DNA of 64,000 nucleotides, from positions 20,522,001-20,586,000 of the forward strand of contig JBMRGM010000039.1 in the NCBI GenBank assembly GCA_052327205.1, given 5' to 3'. Positions within the stretch are counted from its first letter, which is position 1. Every line of letters starts with the position of its first letter. Source of the DNA: Somniosus microcephalus. Its lineage: Eukaryota. The translations under genes were made by a program, and so were the position numbers. Positions 23,760 through 35,847 of the stretch are shown piece after piece. The notes under the pieces were generated by a model. That model was given only the letters and a program-made list of their open reading frames with translations, had not been told where the DNA came from and made no database searches.

Positions 23760-26700
23760 TAGAACATAAGAACATAAGAACAATAGAAATAGGAGCAGGA
23801 GTAGGCCAATCGGCCCCTCGAGCCTGCTCCGCCATTCAATAAGATCATGGCTGATCTGATCCTAACCGCCAATCCACTATCACCGAACCATCTCCTGAAT
23901 CTAACAGAATTAGACACACGAAATAGGAGCAGGATCAGGCTACACGGCCCCTGGGCCTGCTCTGCTACCCACAGGGCCAAGACTGATCTGAACCTAGACT
24001 CATGTCCAAATTCCTGCCCGCTCCCCATAACCCTTAATTCCCTTTACTGCTAAGAAACTGTCAATTTCTGTTTTAAATTTATGTAATGATGTAGCTTCTA
24101 CAGCTTTTTGGGGCAGCATATTCCATGGACCTACCACGCTCTGAGTGAAGTAGTTCCTCCTCATCTCAGTTTTGAAACAGTAGCCCCTTATTCTAAGACT
24201 ATGCCCTCTAGTTCTCGTTTCACCCATCATCGGGAACATCTTCCCTGCATCCACCCGATCAAAACCCTTCACAATCTTACATGTTTCAATAAGATCGCCT
24301 CTCATTCTTCTGAACTCCAATGAGTAGAGTCCCAATCTACTCAACCTCTCCTCACATGTCCATCCCCTCATCCCCGGGATTAACCGAGTGAACCTTCTTT
24401 GTACTGACTCGAGAGCAAGTATGTCCTTTCTTAAGTATGGACACCAAAACTGTTCGCAGTATTCCAGGTGCGGTCTCCCAAATACCTTGTGCAACTGAAG
24501 CAATACCTCCCTATTTTTATATTCTATCCCCCTAGCATGAAAGCCAACATTCCATTGGCCTTCTTAATCACTTGCTGCACCTGCAGACTAACCTTTTGAG
24601 TTTCGTGCACCAGGACCCCCAGATCCCTTTGTAATTCAGTACTTTCCAGTTTCTTGCCATTAAGATGATAACTTGCTCTACGATTTTCCTGCCAAAGTGC
24701 ATAACCTCACACGTTCCAGCATTGTATTCCATCTGCCAAATCTCTGCCCACTTAATTAGCCTGTCTATGTCCCCTTGCAGGTTTTTTATGTCCTCCTCAC
24801 TCGCTACTTTCCCTCCCATCTTAGTATCATCTGCAAACTTTGATATGTTACACTCGGCCCCCTCCTCCAAATCGTTAATATAGATTGTAAAGAGTTGGTG
24901 ACCCAGCATTGACCCCTGCGGAACACCACTAGTTACTGATTGCCAGTCTGAGAATGAACCATTTATCCCAACTCTCTGCCTTCTGTTAGCTAGCCAATCC
25001 TCTATCCATACCAGAATATTACCCCCAATCCCGTGATGTTTTATCTTAAGCAATAATCTTTTGTGTGGCACCTTGTCAAATGCCTTTTGGAAGTCTAAAT
25101 ACACTACATCCACTGGTTCCCCTTTATCCACCCTTTATGTTACTTCCTCAAAGAACTCCAGCAAATTTGTCAAACATGACTTCCACTTCATAAAACCATA
25201 CGGACTTTGTCCGATTAAATTATGATTATCCGAATGTCCTGTTACTGTCTCCTTAATAATGGACTCCAAAATTTTACCTGCCACAGATGTTAGGCTAACC
25301 AGTCTATATATCCAGCCTTCTGTCTATTGCCCTTTTTAAATAAGGGTGTTACATTAGCAGTCTTGCAGTCTGCCGGGACCTTTGCCGAGTCCAGGGAGTT
25401 TTGGAAAATTATTACCAATGCATCCACAATCCCTACCGCCACTTCCCTCAAGACCCTTGGATGTAAGCCATCAGGTCCAGGTGATTTATCCACCTTGAGT
25501 CTCATTATTTTACCGAGTAAAACTTCTTTAGTGATTTTGATCGTGTTTAGCTCCTCCCCCCCTTTAGCCCCCTGTTTGTCCAGTGTTGGGATATTCTTAG
25601 TGTCTTCTACTGTAAAAACTGATATAAAATATTCATTCAGTGCTTTTGCCATCTCCATATTTCGCACCATTAATTTCCCAGTCTGATCCTCTAATGGACC
25701 AACATTTACTTTAGCCACCCATTTACTTTTTATATAACTATAAATACTCTTACAATTTTTTAAATATTTTTTGCTAATTTACTTTCATAATCTATCTTCC
25801 CTTTCTTAATCAATCTTTTTGTTATTTTTTGTTGTCTTTTAAAGTTTTCCCAATCCTCTATCCTCCCACTAGATTTGGCTACCTTATATGCCCTTATTTT
25901 TAGTCGAATACTATCCTTAATTTCTTTACTGAGCCACGGATGGCTGAATTTTCTTTTACACCCTTTTCTTCTCAGTGGAATATATTTTTTTTGGAAGTTG
26001 TAAAATAACTCCTTAAATGTACACCACTGATCATGTATCGTCTTACCCTTTAATCTATATTCCCAATCCACTCTACTCATTTCCGGTCTCATACCTTCAT
26101 AGTCTCCTTTATTCAAGCTTAGCACGCTTGTTTGAGATCCAACCTTCTCACCCTCTAATTGAATATGGAATTCAACCATGTTATGGTCACTCATTACAAG
26201 GGGATCCTTTACTAGAACATTTTTAATTAATCCTGTCTCGTTACACAGGAACAGATCCAAGGTTGCTTGCCCCCTGGTCGGTTCAGTTACATACTGCTCA
26301 AGAAACCCATACCTAATACCCTCAATGAACTCATCCTCAAGGCTGTACAATTTGATTTGTACAGTTAATATGATAGTTAAAATCCCCCATAATTATAGAT
26401 GTTCCCTTATTACAAGCCTCAACTATTTCCTGATTGATATTCCATCCAACAGAGTTGCCACTGTTCGGAGGCCTATAGAGTACGCCCACTAGTGTTTTTT
26501 TCGCCTTGTTATTCCTTACCTCCACCCAAACTGTTTCATTATCCATATTTTTTAACCCAATATCATTTCTCTGTATTACAGTGATTCCTTCCTTAATTTA
26601 CATAGCCACCCCACCTCCCCTTCCTTCCTGCCTGTCCTTCCTGATCGTTCAGTAACCTGGTACGTTTAATTTCTAGGCATTGTCATTCTGCAGCCATGTT

Positions 26701-27554
26701 TCCGTAATGGCCACAAGATCATACCCATATGTAGTTATTTGCGCCATTAACTCATCTATTTTGTTACGAATGCTACGTGCATTCAGATAGAGAACTTTCA
26801 AAGATGTTTTGTGACACTTAGTTCCTGCTTTTGCCCTTTTTATTACTTTACGTTTTACTCCATACCTTCTGCCCCTTCCTGACACGCTCTGATTTTTCTT
26901 TTCCCCACTGCTACCTAAGTCTATGACCTTCTCTGTTGTCATTTTTATTATTTGCTCTCTAGGAACCTCCCCCCGACTAGTTAGTTTAAAGCCCTCTCTA
27001 CAGCCCTAGTTATATGATCCGCCAGGACTCTAGTCCCAGCACAGGCCAAGTGAAGCCCGTCCCAACGGAATAGCTCCCTCCTGCCCCAGTACTGGTGCCA
27101 GTGTCCCAGGTAGCTAAACCCATTTCTCCCACACCAGTCTTTGAGCCATGCATTTAACACTCTAATTTTATTTGTCCCAGCCAAATTCGCTCGTGGCTCA
27201 GGTAATAATCCCTTGTGGTTCTGCTTTTTAATTTGACCCCTAGCTGCTCAAACTCCCTCAGCAGAACCTCCTTCCTTGTCCTATCTATGTCGTTGGTACC
27301 AACATGGACCACGACAACTGGATCCACCCCCTCCCACTCCAAGTTTCTCTCCAGTCCAGAGGAGATTTCCTTAACCCTGGCACCGGGCAGGCAGCACAAC
27401 CTTCGGGACTCTCGCTCTCGGCTGCAAAGAACTCTATCTATCCCCCTAACGATACTATCCCCTAACACTACAAAATTTCTTTTAACTCCCCCCACTTGAA
27501 TGGCCCCCCGCTCCACGGTGCTGTGGCCAGGTTACTCATCCTCCCCGCAGTCCC
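23760..27554 (-). mobile_element. Long CR1 LINE (ORF1 esterase, endonuclease, RT, tail) nested in the Gypsy 2 integrase
   Basis: ORF1 has GDSIVR, LPGA, HVGTND and DGLH (SGNH esterase); ORF2 has LNARSI, ITETWL, YRPPNS, GDFN and SDHN; RT motifs; (agaacata)n tail. Confidence 0.92.
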
Positions 27555-30500
27555 TGGGATTAAGGCCCGTGAGTTCCTCCTCGGCGATGAGGGGATCGTT
27601 TTTGAAAGATCGGACGAATCTTCGGAGCAGCATGTGGCCGGGAGCTGCCAACCATGTTGGTAGGGACGCCCCATGAGTGGAGCAACGCTGAAACCTGAAG
27701 AATCGCTCGTGAGGCGTGACATTGGTGGACGTAGAAAGAAGAGACCTGATGGAATGCAACACGTCACTGAGCACAGGTTCCCACTGCTGGTCTGGTAGGT
27801 TGCGTGACATCCGTGCAAGATGAACAGCGTTCCAATTGGGAGCATTGTATCTCTCAACCTGTCCGTTACCGATGGGATGGTATGCTGTTGTTTTACATGT
27901 GGCGATTCCCCGTTGGGAAAGATAATTTTTGAGTTCGCTTGACATGTAGGAGGGACCCCGATCAGAGCGGATGAAATTGGCCGTACCGCAAAGGGGAAAG
28001 ATTTGATCAAGGCATTTGATCACTGTGGAAGTAAACATATTGGGACAGGGGAAAGCAAAGGGAAAGCATGAATATTCGTCCACTATAGTAAGTAAGTAGG
28101 TGTTTTGCGTTAAGAAAGGCAATGGCCGTTTAAAGTCAATGCTGAGTCGCTGCATAGGCTGCATTGCATGTATGAGCGAGCCATCCAATGGATGGAAGCC
28201 TTGCGGCTTTAATTCAGCACAAATTCTACAGGAGGTGCATGTTCTTTTCACATCTTCTGTAGAAAGTGGTAGATTTTTAGATCACACAAATTGCAACATA
28301 TGGGTGACGCCAGGATGGCATAAGTACGTATGAAGATCCACAAGAGTCGAAGTTGATATAGAAGAGCAGAATGCCGGTGGGAGGGTATCCGGGGCCACAT
28401 TCTCTTTGCCAGCTCGATAATTTTTTGGTTTATCCAGAGCCGGCCAATTCCATCCTCCAGAGTTGTATTTTGTTATTCTTGATCTTACTGCGTTTCCGGT
28501 TATCCAGCATAAAGGCCATGGAGCACTGATTGTTTATAAGTGTGAAATGGCGATGAGTGAGAAAATGACTCCATTTATGTACAGCTTCGATGATGGCCGT
28601 AGTCTCCTTCTCGACAGGTGGATAATGGAGCTCGCTACCCTGCAAAGTTCTGGGCAGAAATGCAACGGGTCGACCACCTTGATTCAAGATAGCAGAGATC
28701 ACCACCTCCAATGCATCACACTCGACCACGAAAGGACGATTTTCTTCAATGGAGCTAAGCGTGGCTTTTTCCAGTTGTCGCTTGAGGAGGTTGAAAGCTG
28801 AAATAGCCATTGCACCAATGGAAATGACTTTGTGTGAAGCAGGGGCTGGATCTTGTCAGAGAAGTGGGTTATCCACTTTGCATAATAGGCGAACATGCTG
28901 GCTGCCCGATGAAGAGAGCCGAGATTCGTAGGGGGAGGGAGCTCCTGAAGTGGACGAAATCGCCCCGGATCTGGTTTGATGACAGCGTTGCCCACCCAGT
29001 AGCCAAGCATGTTGACTGATGGTACTGATTTCACAGATTTGGACTCATTTAAGGTTAAGTTGCGATGAATGCCAAAACATTTCTGGAGATTGACATTATG
29101 CTCCTTCTGGTCATGACCAGCAATGGTGATATTATCTAGATATGGAAAAGTGCCCGTTAAGATGTCTTGTTTGACTAGGCTATCAATTGCCCGTTGAAAG
29201 ACGGCCACCCCATTGGTGACCCCAAATGGAAGGTGACAAAATTGATAAAGCCGACCATTGGCCTCAAAGGCCACATAATCTTTTTCAGAATCCTTTAACG
29301 GTACCTGATAATATGCACTCTTCAAATCAAAAGTTGAAAATACCTTTTAGTTGGCAAGGTTATCGTCCATATCATTGATGCGTGGTAGTGGGTAGGCATC
29401 CAGGTTGGTATACTGGTAAATAGTTTGCGAGTAATCGATGCAAAGACGTTTCTTGTATTGCTTCAGACGATTTTTAACAACGGCAACTTGGGCCCGGCAG
29501 GAGCATGAACATGGCTCAAAGATACCATCAGCTGGAAGGCGAGAGATTTCTGCCTCGATTAAGGATCGATCATCTTGTCTGAAACGTCGGATTTTAGTGA
29601 GTATCGGCTTACATCGGGGGGAAGGATTGGCAAAACAAGGAGGGCTCGTCGAACAAAGCTGCCAAAAGCGCACAAAACGGTACTTTGGAAATAGTATGCT
29701 CTGGCTTTGACCCTCCAAATTCGAAAGTGAGTCTTTCGTGTTGTTTCTGGAAATCCTGTCCCAGGAGCACATCACTGCATAGGTTTTCGAGCACTCCGAG
29801 CCGGGTGGAGAAATAAGTGCGGCCATTGAGAATAAGGTCGACACGACAGAAGCCGGAAGAGTTGGTGGTCAGTGTCGTCAGAGCCATTGCAATTTCCCTG
29901 TCCGAGGGGTAAATATGCAGTTTTAACTTTCTGACAGCCCGCTCACTAATGAAGCTGTCAGAGCTGCATGAGTTGATTAGTGCGCACAAAATGTGCCGAT
30001 TTACTGAAAACTTCGTTGCTGCATGGGACAGACATTGGGGAAAATCAGCTGTGATGGGATGAGGAACAGTTTTACCCTTGGCAGCTGTAACGTTAGCAGT
30101 GGTCCTTGGGTGACTACTGGTTTCATAGATAGCAGCTGTAACCTTAGTAGTGGCTCTTCGGGGAGCAGCAGTTTTATAGATAGTGGCAGCAAAACTAACA
30201 GGAGCTCTCGACCGGTATACCTTAGAAAAGTAGCCTTTCTTACTAACAGATGCTCTTGACTGGCATACCTTAGAAAACTGACCTTTCTTGCTGCAATGAT
30301 TGCAGGTTGCGTGACGAGCAGGACAATATTTCCGATAATGGAACACACCTCCACGGAAGAAACACTTCCTTACAGATTGCCAAGGTGCCGCTAGGGCGGG
30401 GTCTTCATCAGTGAAGGCTTCTAGGGTAGAGTTGTCATCCGCTAGCTTAGAGTCATCATCAGTGAGGGCTTCCGCCCAAAACCTATTGAATGAGTCATTC

Positions 30501-31154
30501 AAAGTGATAGCAGCAGCCCGTGCACGAGGTAAAAGATAGGTATCTGCATTTCACTTTGCTAAGTCCAGGGAACATGCCTGGTCATAGGCAGCCTGTAACT
30601 CGAGGGTTTTATTCTCCAACAGACGCTGGCGTATGAAGGGTGACACAATCTCATTAATAATGGAATCACAAATTAACTCCCCCTCGCACTGCTCAGCTGT
30701 GAGAGCTTTCAGATTGCAATCCTTGCTGAGCCTGCAAAGTTTCTGAAGGAATTCGTCGAGTGATTCCATTGGTTTTGTCGAGTTGTGGCCAGTAGTTGCC
30801 GAGAAAAAAATTCGTTTGGGGCTTTAACATTCTAATATTAGGATAGCAGAGTCATAGTCTGCACAGTCTTCGATATAGTCAAACACATGAGGAGATACAT
30901 AATTGGCAAGTATCTCTAATTTATCAGGAACATTCTCACCACACATCCTGAGGAAGTTGCTGAAGGTACAATACCAGTGTTTCCATACCTTATCAGTTGT
31001 AGGTGAATTCGAGTTCAGTTCAAGACGGGCGGGTCTGAGTGGTTTGTCCACGATGGTTTTCTTACTACACCGGAGTTCCCTTCTGCAGTTGAAGTCTTAG
31101 CTGGCTGTTCCCGAAATCACTGAGAGCGTGGAGTCGATATCAAGTTGATTAAAT

Positions 31155-31382
31155 TGACGTAATAAAACTCTCTACGCACTTGGTTTGAGTATAAAGCAAG
31201 GCTTTATCAACTTGTTTCAATACATGGAGGTCTATTTGTACTTCACTAGTTGCTGTCTTACAAAATGTCCCTGGGCAAGCTGGGCCCACGACCGAGTATT
31301 TACACTCCTTGGATGGCGCCACCAGCTGGCCGTCCAGTGTTTTATCTCGAGTCATTTCTTCATGATGATGAGATTCATAACA
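31155..31382 (-). repeat. 5' LTR of Gypsy 2
   Basis: TG..CA termini, 228 bp, followed by the TSD. Confidence 0.92.
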
Positions 31383-31924
31383 GGTATATTTATAAAAATT
31401 CATTTAAAAGTAAGATGTAACTCCTACAAATCCTCCCTTGCCCGCCCCCACCTCAGCACCATGGTCGCATGTTTGTGTAAAACTAATCAATGCACTCGAT
31501 CGCTCAAAATCAAATATTGAAACATTTCAGTTTGAAAACATTTTAAGCATTTCAGAGCCTCTTTAAAAGCCTTTGGACTTCAAGACCTGGTTAAAACTTG
31601 TTTTAGCTGAGGGGAAAATTGATTTTCGTCTCTGTTTCTTCCAAAATCATATTCAATAATTAGAGGGAAAAGATGCTTATAACACTAATTTTTTTGAAAA
31701 GTTCATCAACAATCTTTAAATTCTTTCAAGTCTCGTTGCAGCTTTGACAGAAGAAGTTGCTCCAAGTTTCTATTTCCCCCTTCAATATTGTCGGTAAACA
31801 TAAAACAAAATAAAATAAAGTCTAAATCCAAACGGAGCTCCAATCAGAAAGTGACTAATGTGGTTAACCTTGATAAGATAGCGGAGAAGTTATCTCTCCC
31901 CAGCCTTGGCGATGAGTTGGGAAT

Positions 31925-32590
31925 GAGTGTTGTGCTTGCCCTGGGAGTGTTTGGTTGGGACTGTGTAGAGAGACCTTTACTTTGCATCCCTGGTCATTGG
32001 GTATTGGGCACTCCTCCCACTCCGTCTCACTGCGCGGCCTGTTAATTTAAATACGTGGGGTCGTAGAGATCGCCGCATGGCCGAGAACCTTCCAGGGAAC
32101 ATTGCTCATTAGGTCAGGCAGCATCTGTGGAGAGAGAAACAGTGTCAATATTTCAGGTCGTTGACCTTTCATCAGCACTGGAAAATGTTACAGATGTAAA
32201 AGATTTTAAGCAAGTATAAAGGCAGGGAAAGGGGGTTGGGTGGGAAGAACAAAAGGGAAGGCCTATGCTGTACCTGTCCTTTGTGTATTTAGTGGGATTG
32301 GGTAGCGGGAGGTTTACTCGTGCTGTACTTGCCTTGGGAGTATTTGATGGCACAGTGCCGAGGGTGATTTACCCAATATATAACAGATGCTGCACCTTGA
32401 TGAGGCAGTGTAGATGTAGCTTTAACCTGTATCTAACCCATGCTGTACATGCTCTTGGAGCATTTGATGACGCAATGTAGCAGTAGCTTTAACTTGTATC
32501 TGACCCATGCTGTACCTACTCTTGGAGTATTTCATGAGGCAGTGTAGAAGTAGATTTAAGCTGTATCTACCCCATGCTGCACCTGTTTAT
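31925..32590 (+). repeat. ~65-bp satellite (tgtacctgccctgggagtgtttgatgggacagtgtaga...), with a Penelope-tail insert at about 32100-32265
   Basis: Recurrent unit; further copies at about 21330-21550 and 33995-34115. Confidence 0.7.
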
Positions 32591-33785
32591 TTTATTCGTT
32601 TATGGGATCAGTGCGTCGCTGGGAATGCCAGCATTTATTGCTCATCCCTAGTAGCCCTTCAAAAGGTGGTGGTGAGCCGCCATCTTGAACCAGGCAGTCC
32701 GTGTGGTGATGGTACTCCCACAGTGCTGTTAGGTAGGGAGTTCCAGGATTTTGACCCAGCGACTATGAAGGATCGGCGATATACTTCTAAGTCAGATGGT
32801 GTGTGACTTGGGGGGGAATTTGGATGTGGCGGTGTTGTCATGCGCCTGCTGCCATTGTCCTACTAGGTGGAAGAGGTCGCGGGTCTGGGATGTGCTGCCG
32901 AAGAAGCCTTGGCGTATTGCTACAGTGCATCTTCTAGATGGTACACACTGCAGCCACGGTACACCAGTGTTGGAGGGAGTGAATTTTTAAGGTGGTGGAT
33001 GGGTAGCCAATTAAGCGGGCTGGTTTGTCCTGGATGGTGTCGACCTTCAAAAGTGTTGTTGGAGTGGCACTCATTCAGGGAAGTGGAGAGTATTCCATCA
33101 CACTCCTTACGTGTGCCTTGTAGATGGTGGAAAGTCGTTGGGGAGTCAGGAGGTGAGACTCTCATCGCAGAATAACTAGCCCCTGACCGGTTCTTGTTGC
33201 CACAGTATTTATGTGACCGTTGTACCCCCTGATGCCCATTGACTTCTGTTTTACTAGGGCTCCTTGATGCCAGACTCGGTAAACTGCTGCCTTGAAGCCA
33301 AGGGCAGGCACTCTCACCTCACCTCTGAAATTCAGCTCCTTTGTCCATGTTTGGACCAAGGCTGTAATGCGGTCAGGAGCCGAGTGGTCTTGGCGGAATC
33401 CAAACTGTGCATCAATGAGCAGGTTATATGTGAATAAATGTTGCTTGATAGCACTGTCGACGACACCTTCCATCATTTTGATTATGATTGAGAGTAGACT
33501 GATGGAGTGGTAATTGCCTGGGTTGGATTTGCCCTGCTTTTTGTGGACAGGACATACATGGGCAGTTTTCCACATTGTCGGATAGATGCCAGTGTTATAA
33601 TTGTACTGGAACAGCTTGGCTAGAAGCGTGGCTAGTTTTGGAGCACAGATCTTCAGCACGATAGCCGTGATTTTGTCGAGGCCCATAGCCGCTGCTGTAT
33701 GCAGTGCTTACAGCCATTTCTTGATATCACGTAGAGTGAATCGAATTGGCTGAAGGCTGTTCTCTGTGATGGTGGGGACCTCGGG
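32590..33785 (-). mobile_element. CR1-clade LINE of a second family, internally deleted
   Basis: Contains PVHKKQGKSNPGNYHSISLL, QFGFRQDHSAPD and KSWNSLP. Confidence 0.8.
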
Positions 33786-34119
33786 ATTAGACCGATATGG
33801 ATGATTCAATTCTATTCCTTTCTCCCTCATGTACTTATCAAGAATCCCGTAAAATGCATCTATGATATTTGCCTCAACTATTCCATGTGTTAGCGAGTTC
33901 CACATTCTCACCTCTCTCTGCATAAAGATGTTTCTCCTGAATTCTTTTTTGGATTTATTAGTGAATATCTTATATTGATGCGCATCAAATAATCGAACCC
34001 CAGTACCTGCCCTGGGAATGTTTGATGGGAGAGTGTAGATGGAGCTTTACTCTGTATCTATCCCGAGCTGTACCTGCCCTGTTAGTGTTTGATGGGACAG
34101 TGTATAGGGAGCATTATAA

Positions 34120-35847
34120 GTCGGGGGCAAATAGAATATGAGAGTAAGATTTCAGGGAACATAAAAACTGTCTGTAAAAGCTTCTATAGATATGGAAGGA
34201 GAAAGAAATTGGTGAAGTCAAGCGTAGGTCCCTTGCAGTCAGAATCAGGGGAATTTATAATGGGGAACAAAGAAATGGCTGACCAATTAAATACCTACGT
34301 TCGTTCTGTCTTCAAAAAGGAGGACACAAATAACCTCCCAGAGATGTCAGGGAAAATATCGTCTAATGAGAGGGAGGAATTGAATTAAATCAGTGTTTCT
34401 AGGGACATGATGTTAGGGAAATTGACAGGATTGATGACCGATACATCCCCAGGGCCTGATAATCTACATCCTAGGGTATTTAAGGAAGTGGCCATGGCAA
34501 TACAAGATGCACTGCAGGTCATCTTGCAAAATTCGATAGACTCTGGAACAGTTCCCATGGATAGGAGGTTAGCTAATGTAACCCCACTATTCAAAAAAGC
34601 TGGTAGAGAGAAAACAGGGAATTATAGACCGGTAAGACTGCCATCGGTAGTGGGGAAAATGCTAGAGTCCATTATAAAAGATGTAATAGCAAAGCACGTG
34701 GAAAAAAGTGACAGGATCGGACAAAGTAAACATTGATTTACAAAAGGTAAATCATGCTTGACTAAGCTACTGGAATTTTCTAAGGATGTAACTGGTAGAA
34801 AAGATAAGGAAGAACCACTGGATGTGATGTATTTGGACATTCAGAAGGCTTTCGATAAGGTCCCGCATAAGAGATTAGCATGCAAAGTTAAAGCACATGG
34901 GTATGGGGGTAAGGTACTGAATTGGATAGAGAATTGGTTGGCAGACAGAAAGCAAAGAGTTGGAATAAACGGGTCTTTTTCCGAGTGGCAGAAAGTGACT
35001 AGCGGTGTACCACAGTGAGTGGTGCTAGGACCCCAGCTATTCACAACATATATTAATGATTATCTAGAAGAGGGAACTAGATGTAATATCTACAAGTTTG
35101 CAGAAGACACAAAGCTGGGAGGGCGTGTGTGCTCTGAGGAGGATGCAGAGAAACTCAACTCTGTGTGATTCGGACAGGTTGGGTGATTAGGCAGATGCAT
35201 AGCAGATGCAGTTTAATGTGGATAAATGTGAGGTTATCCACTTTGGTGGCAAAAACAGGAAGGCAGATTATTATCTGAATGGCAACAGATTGGGAAAAAG
35301 GGAATTGCAACGAGACCTGGGTGTCCTTGTGCACCAGTCGCTGAAGATATGCATGCAAAGGCAGCAGGCGGTTAAGAAGGCAAATGGTATTTTGAGCGTC
35401 ATAGCGAGAAGATTCGAGTACAGGAGCCAGGAGCGTTTCTGCAGTTGTACAGGGCCTTGGTGAGACCACATCTTGAGTATTGTGTGCAGTTTTGGTCACC
35501 TTATCTGAGGAAGGATGTTCTTGCCATGAGTGCAGCGAAGATTCACCAGACTGATAGCTGGTAGGGTAGGAATGACGTATGAAAAGATATTGGTTCAATT
35601 AGGCTTATATTCACTAGAATTTAGAAGGTTGAGAGGCAATCTCATTGAAATTTATAACATTCCAACAGGACTAGACAGACGAGATGCAGGACGGATGTTC
35701 CCGATGGTGGGGCAGTCCAGGACCAGAGGTCAGACTTTAAGGATAAGGGGTAACCCATTTAGGACTGAGATGAAGAGGAATTTCTTCACCCAGAGAGTGG
35801 TGAACCTGTGGAATTCTCTACCTCAGAATGTAGTTGAGGCCAATTCA
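34120..35847 (+). mobile_element. CR1 LINE ORF2 fragment, cut at its 3' end by a Helitron insertion
   Basis: Motifs run from SPGPDNLHPRV to FFTQRVVNLWNSLP and stop abruptly at gaggccaattca|TC. Confidence 0.88.

Larger units (their letters stand above)
23062..31382 (-). mobile_element. Gypsy/Ty3 LTR retrotransposon 2 (related to Gypsy 1), complete boundaries
   Basis: LTRs at 23062-23290 and 31155-31382; TSD GGTAT at 23057-23061 and 31383-31387; PPT at 23291-23301; gag with double Zn knuckle, protease, RT (YLDN), RNase H and integrase remnants. Confidence 0.93.

Noticed and set aside
32010-32105. CpG-rich stretch ending gggaacattg, possibly a DNA transposon end
   Set aside because: No matching opposite terminus or TSD was found
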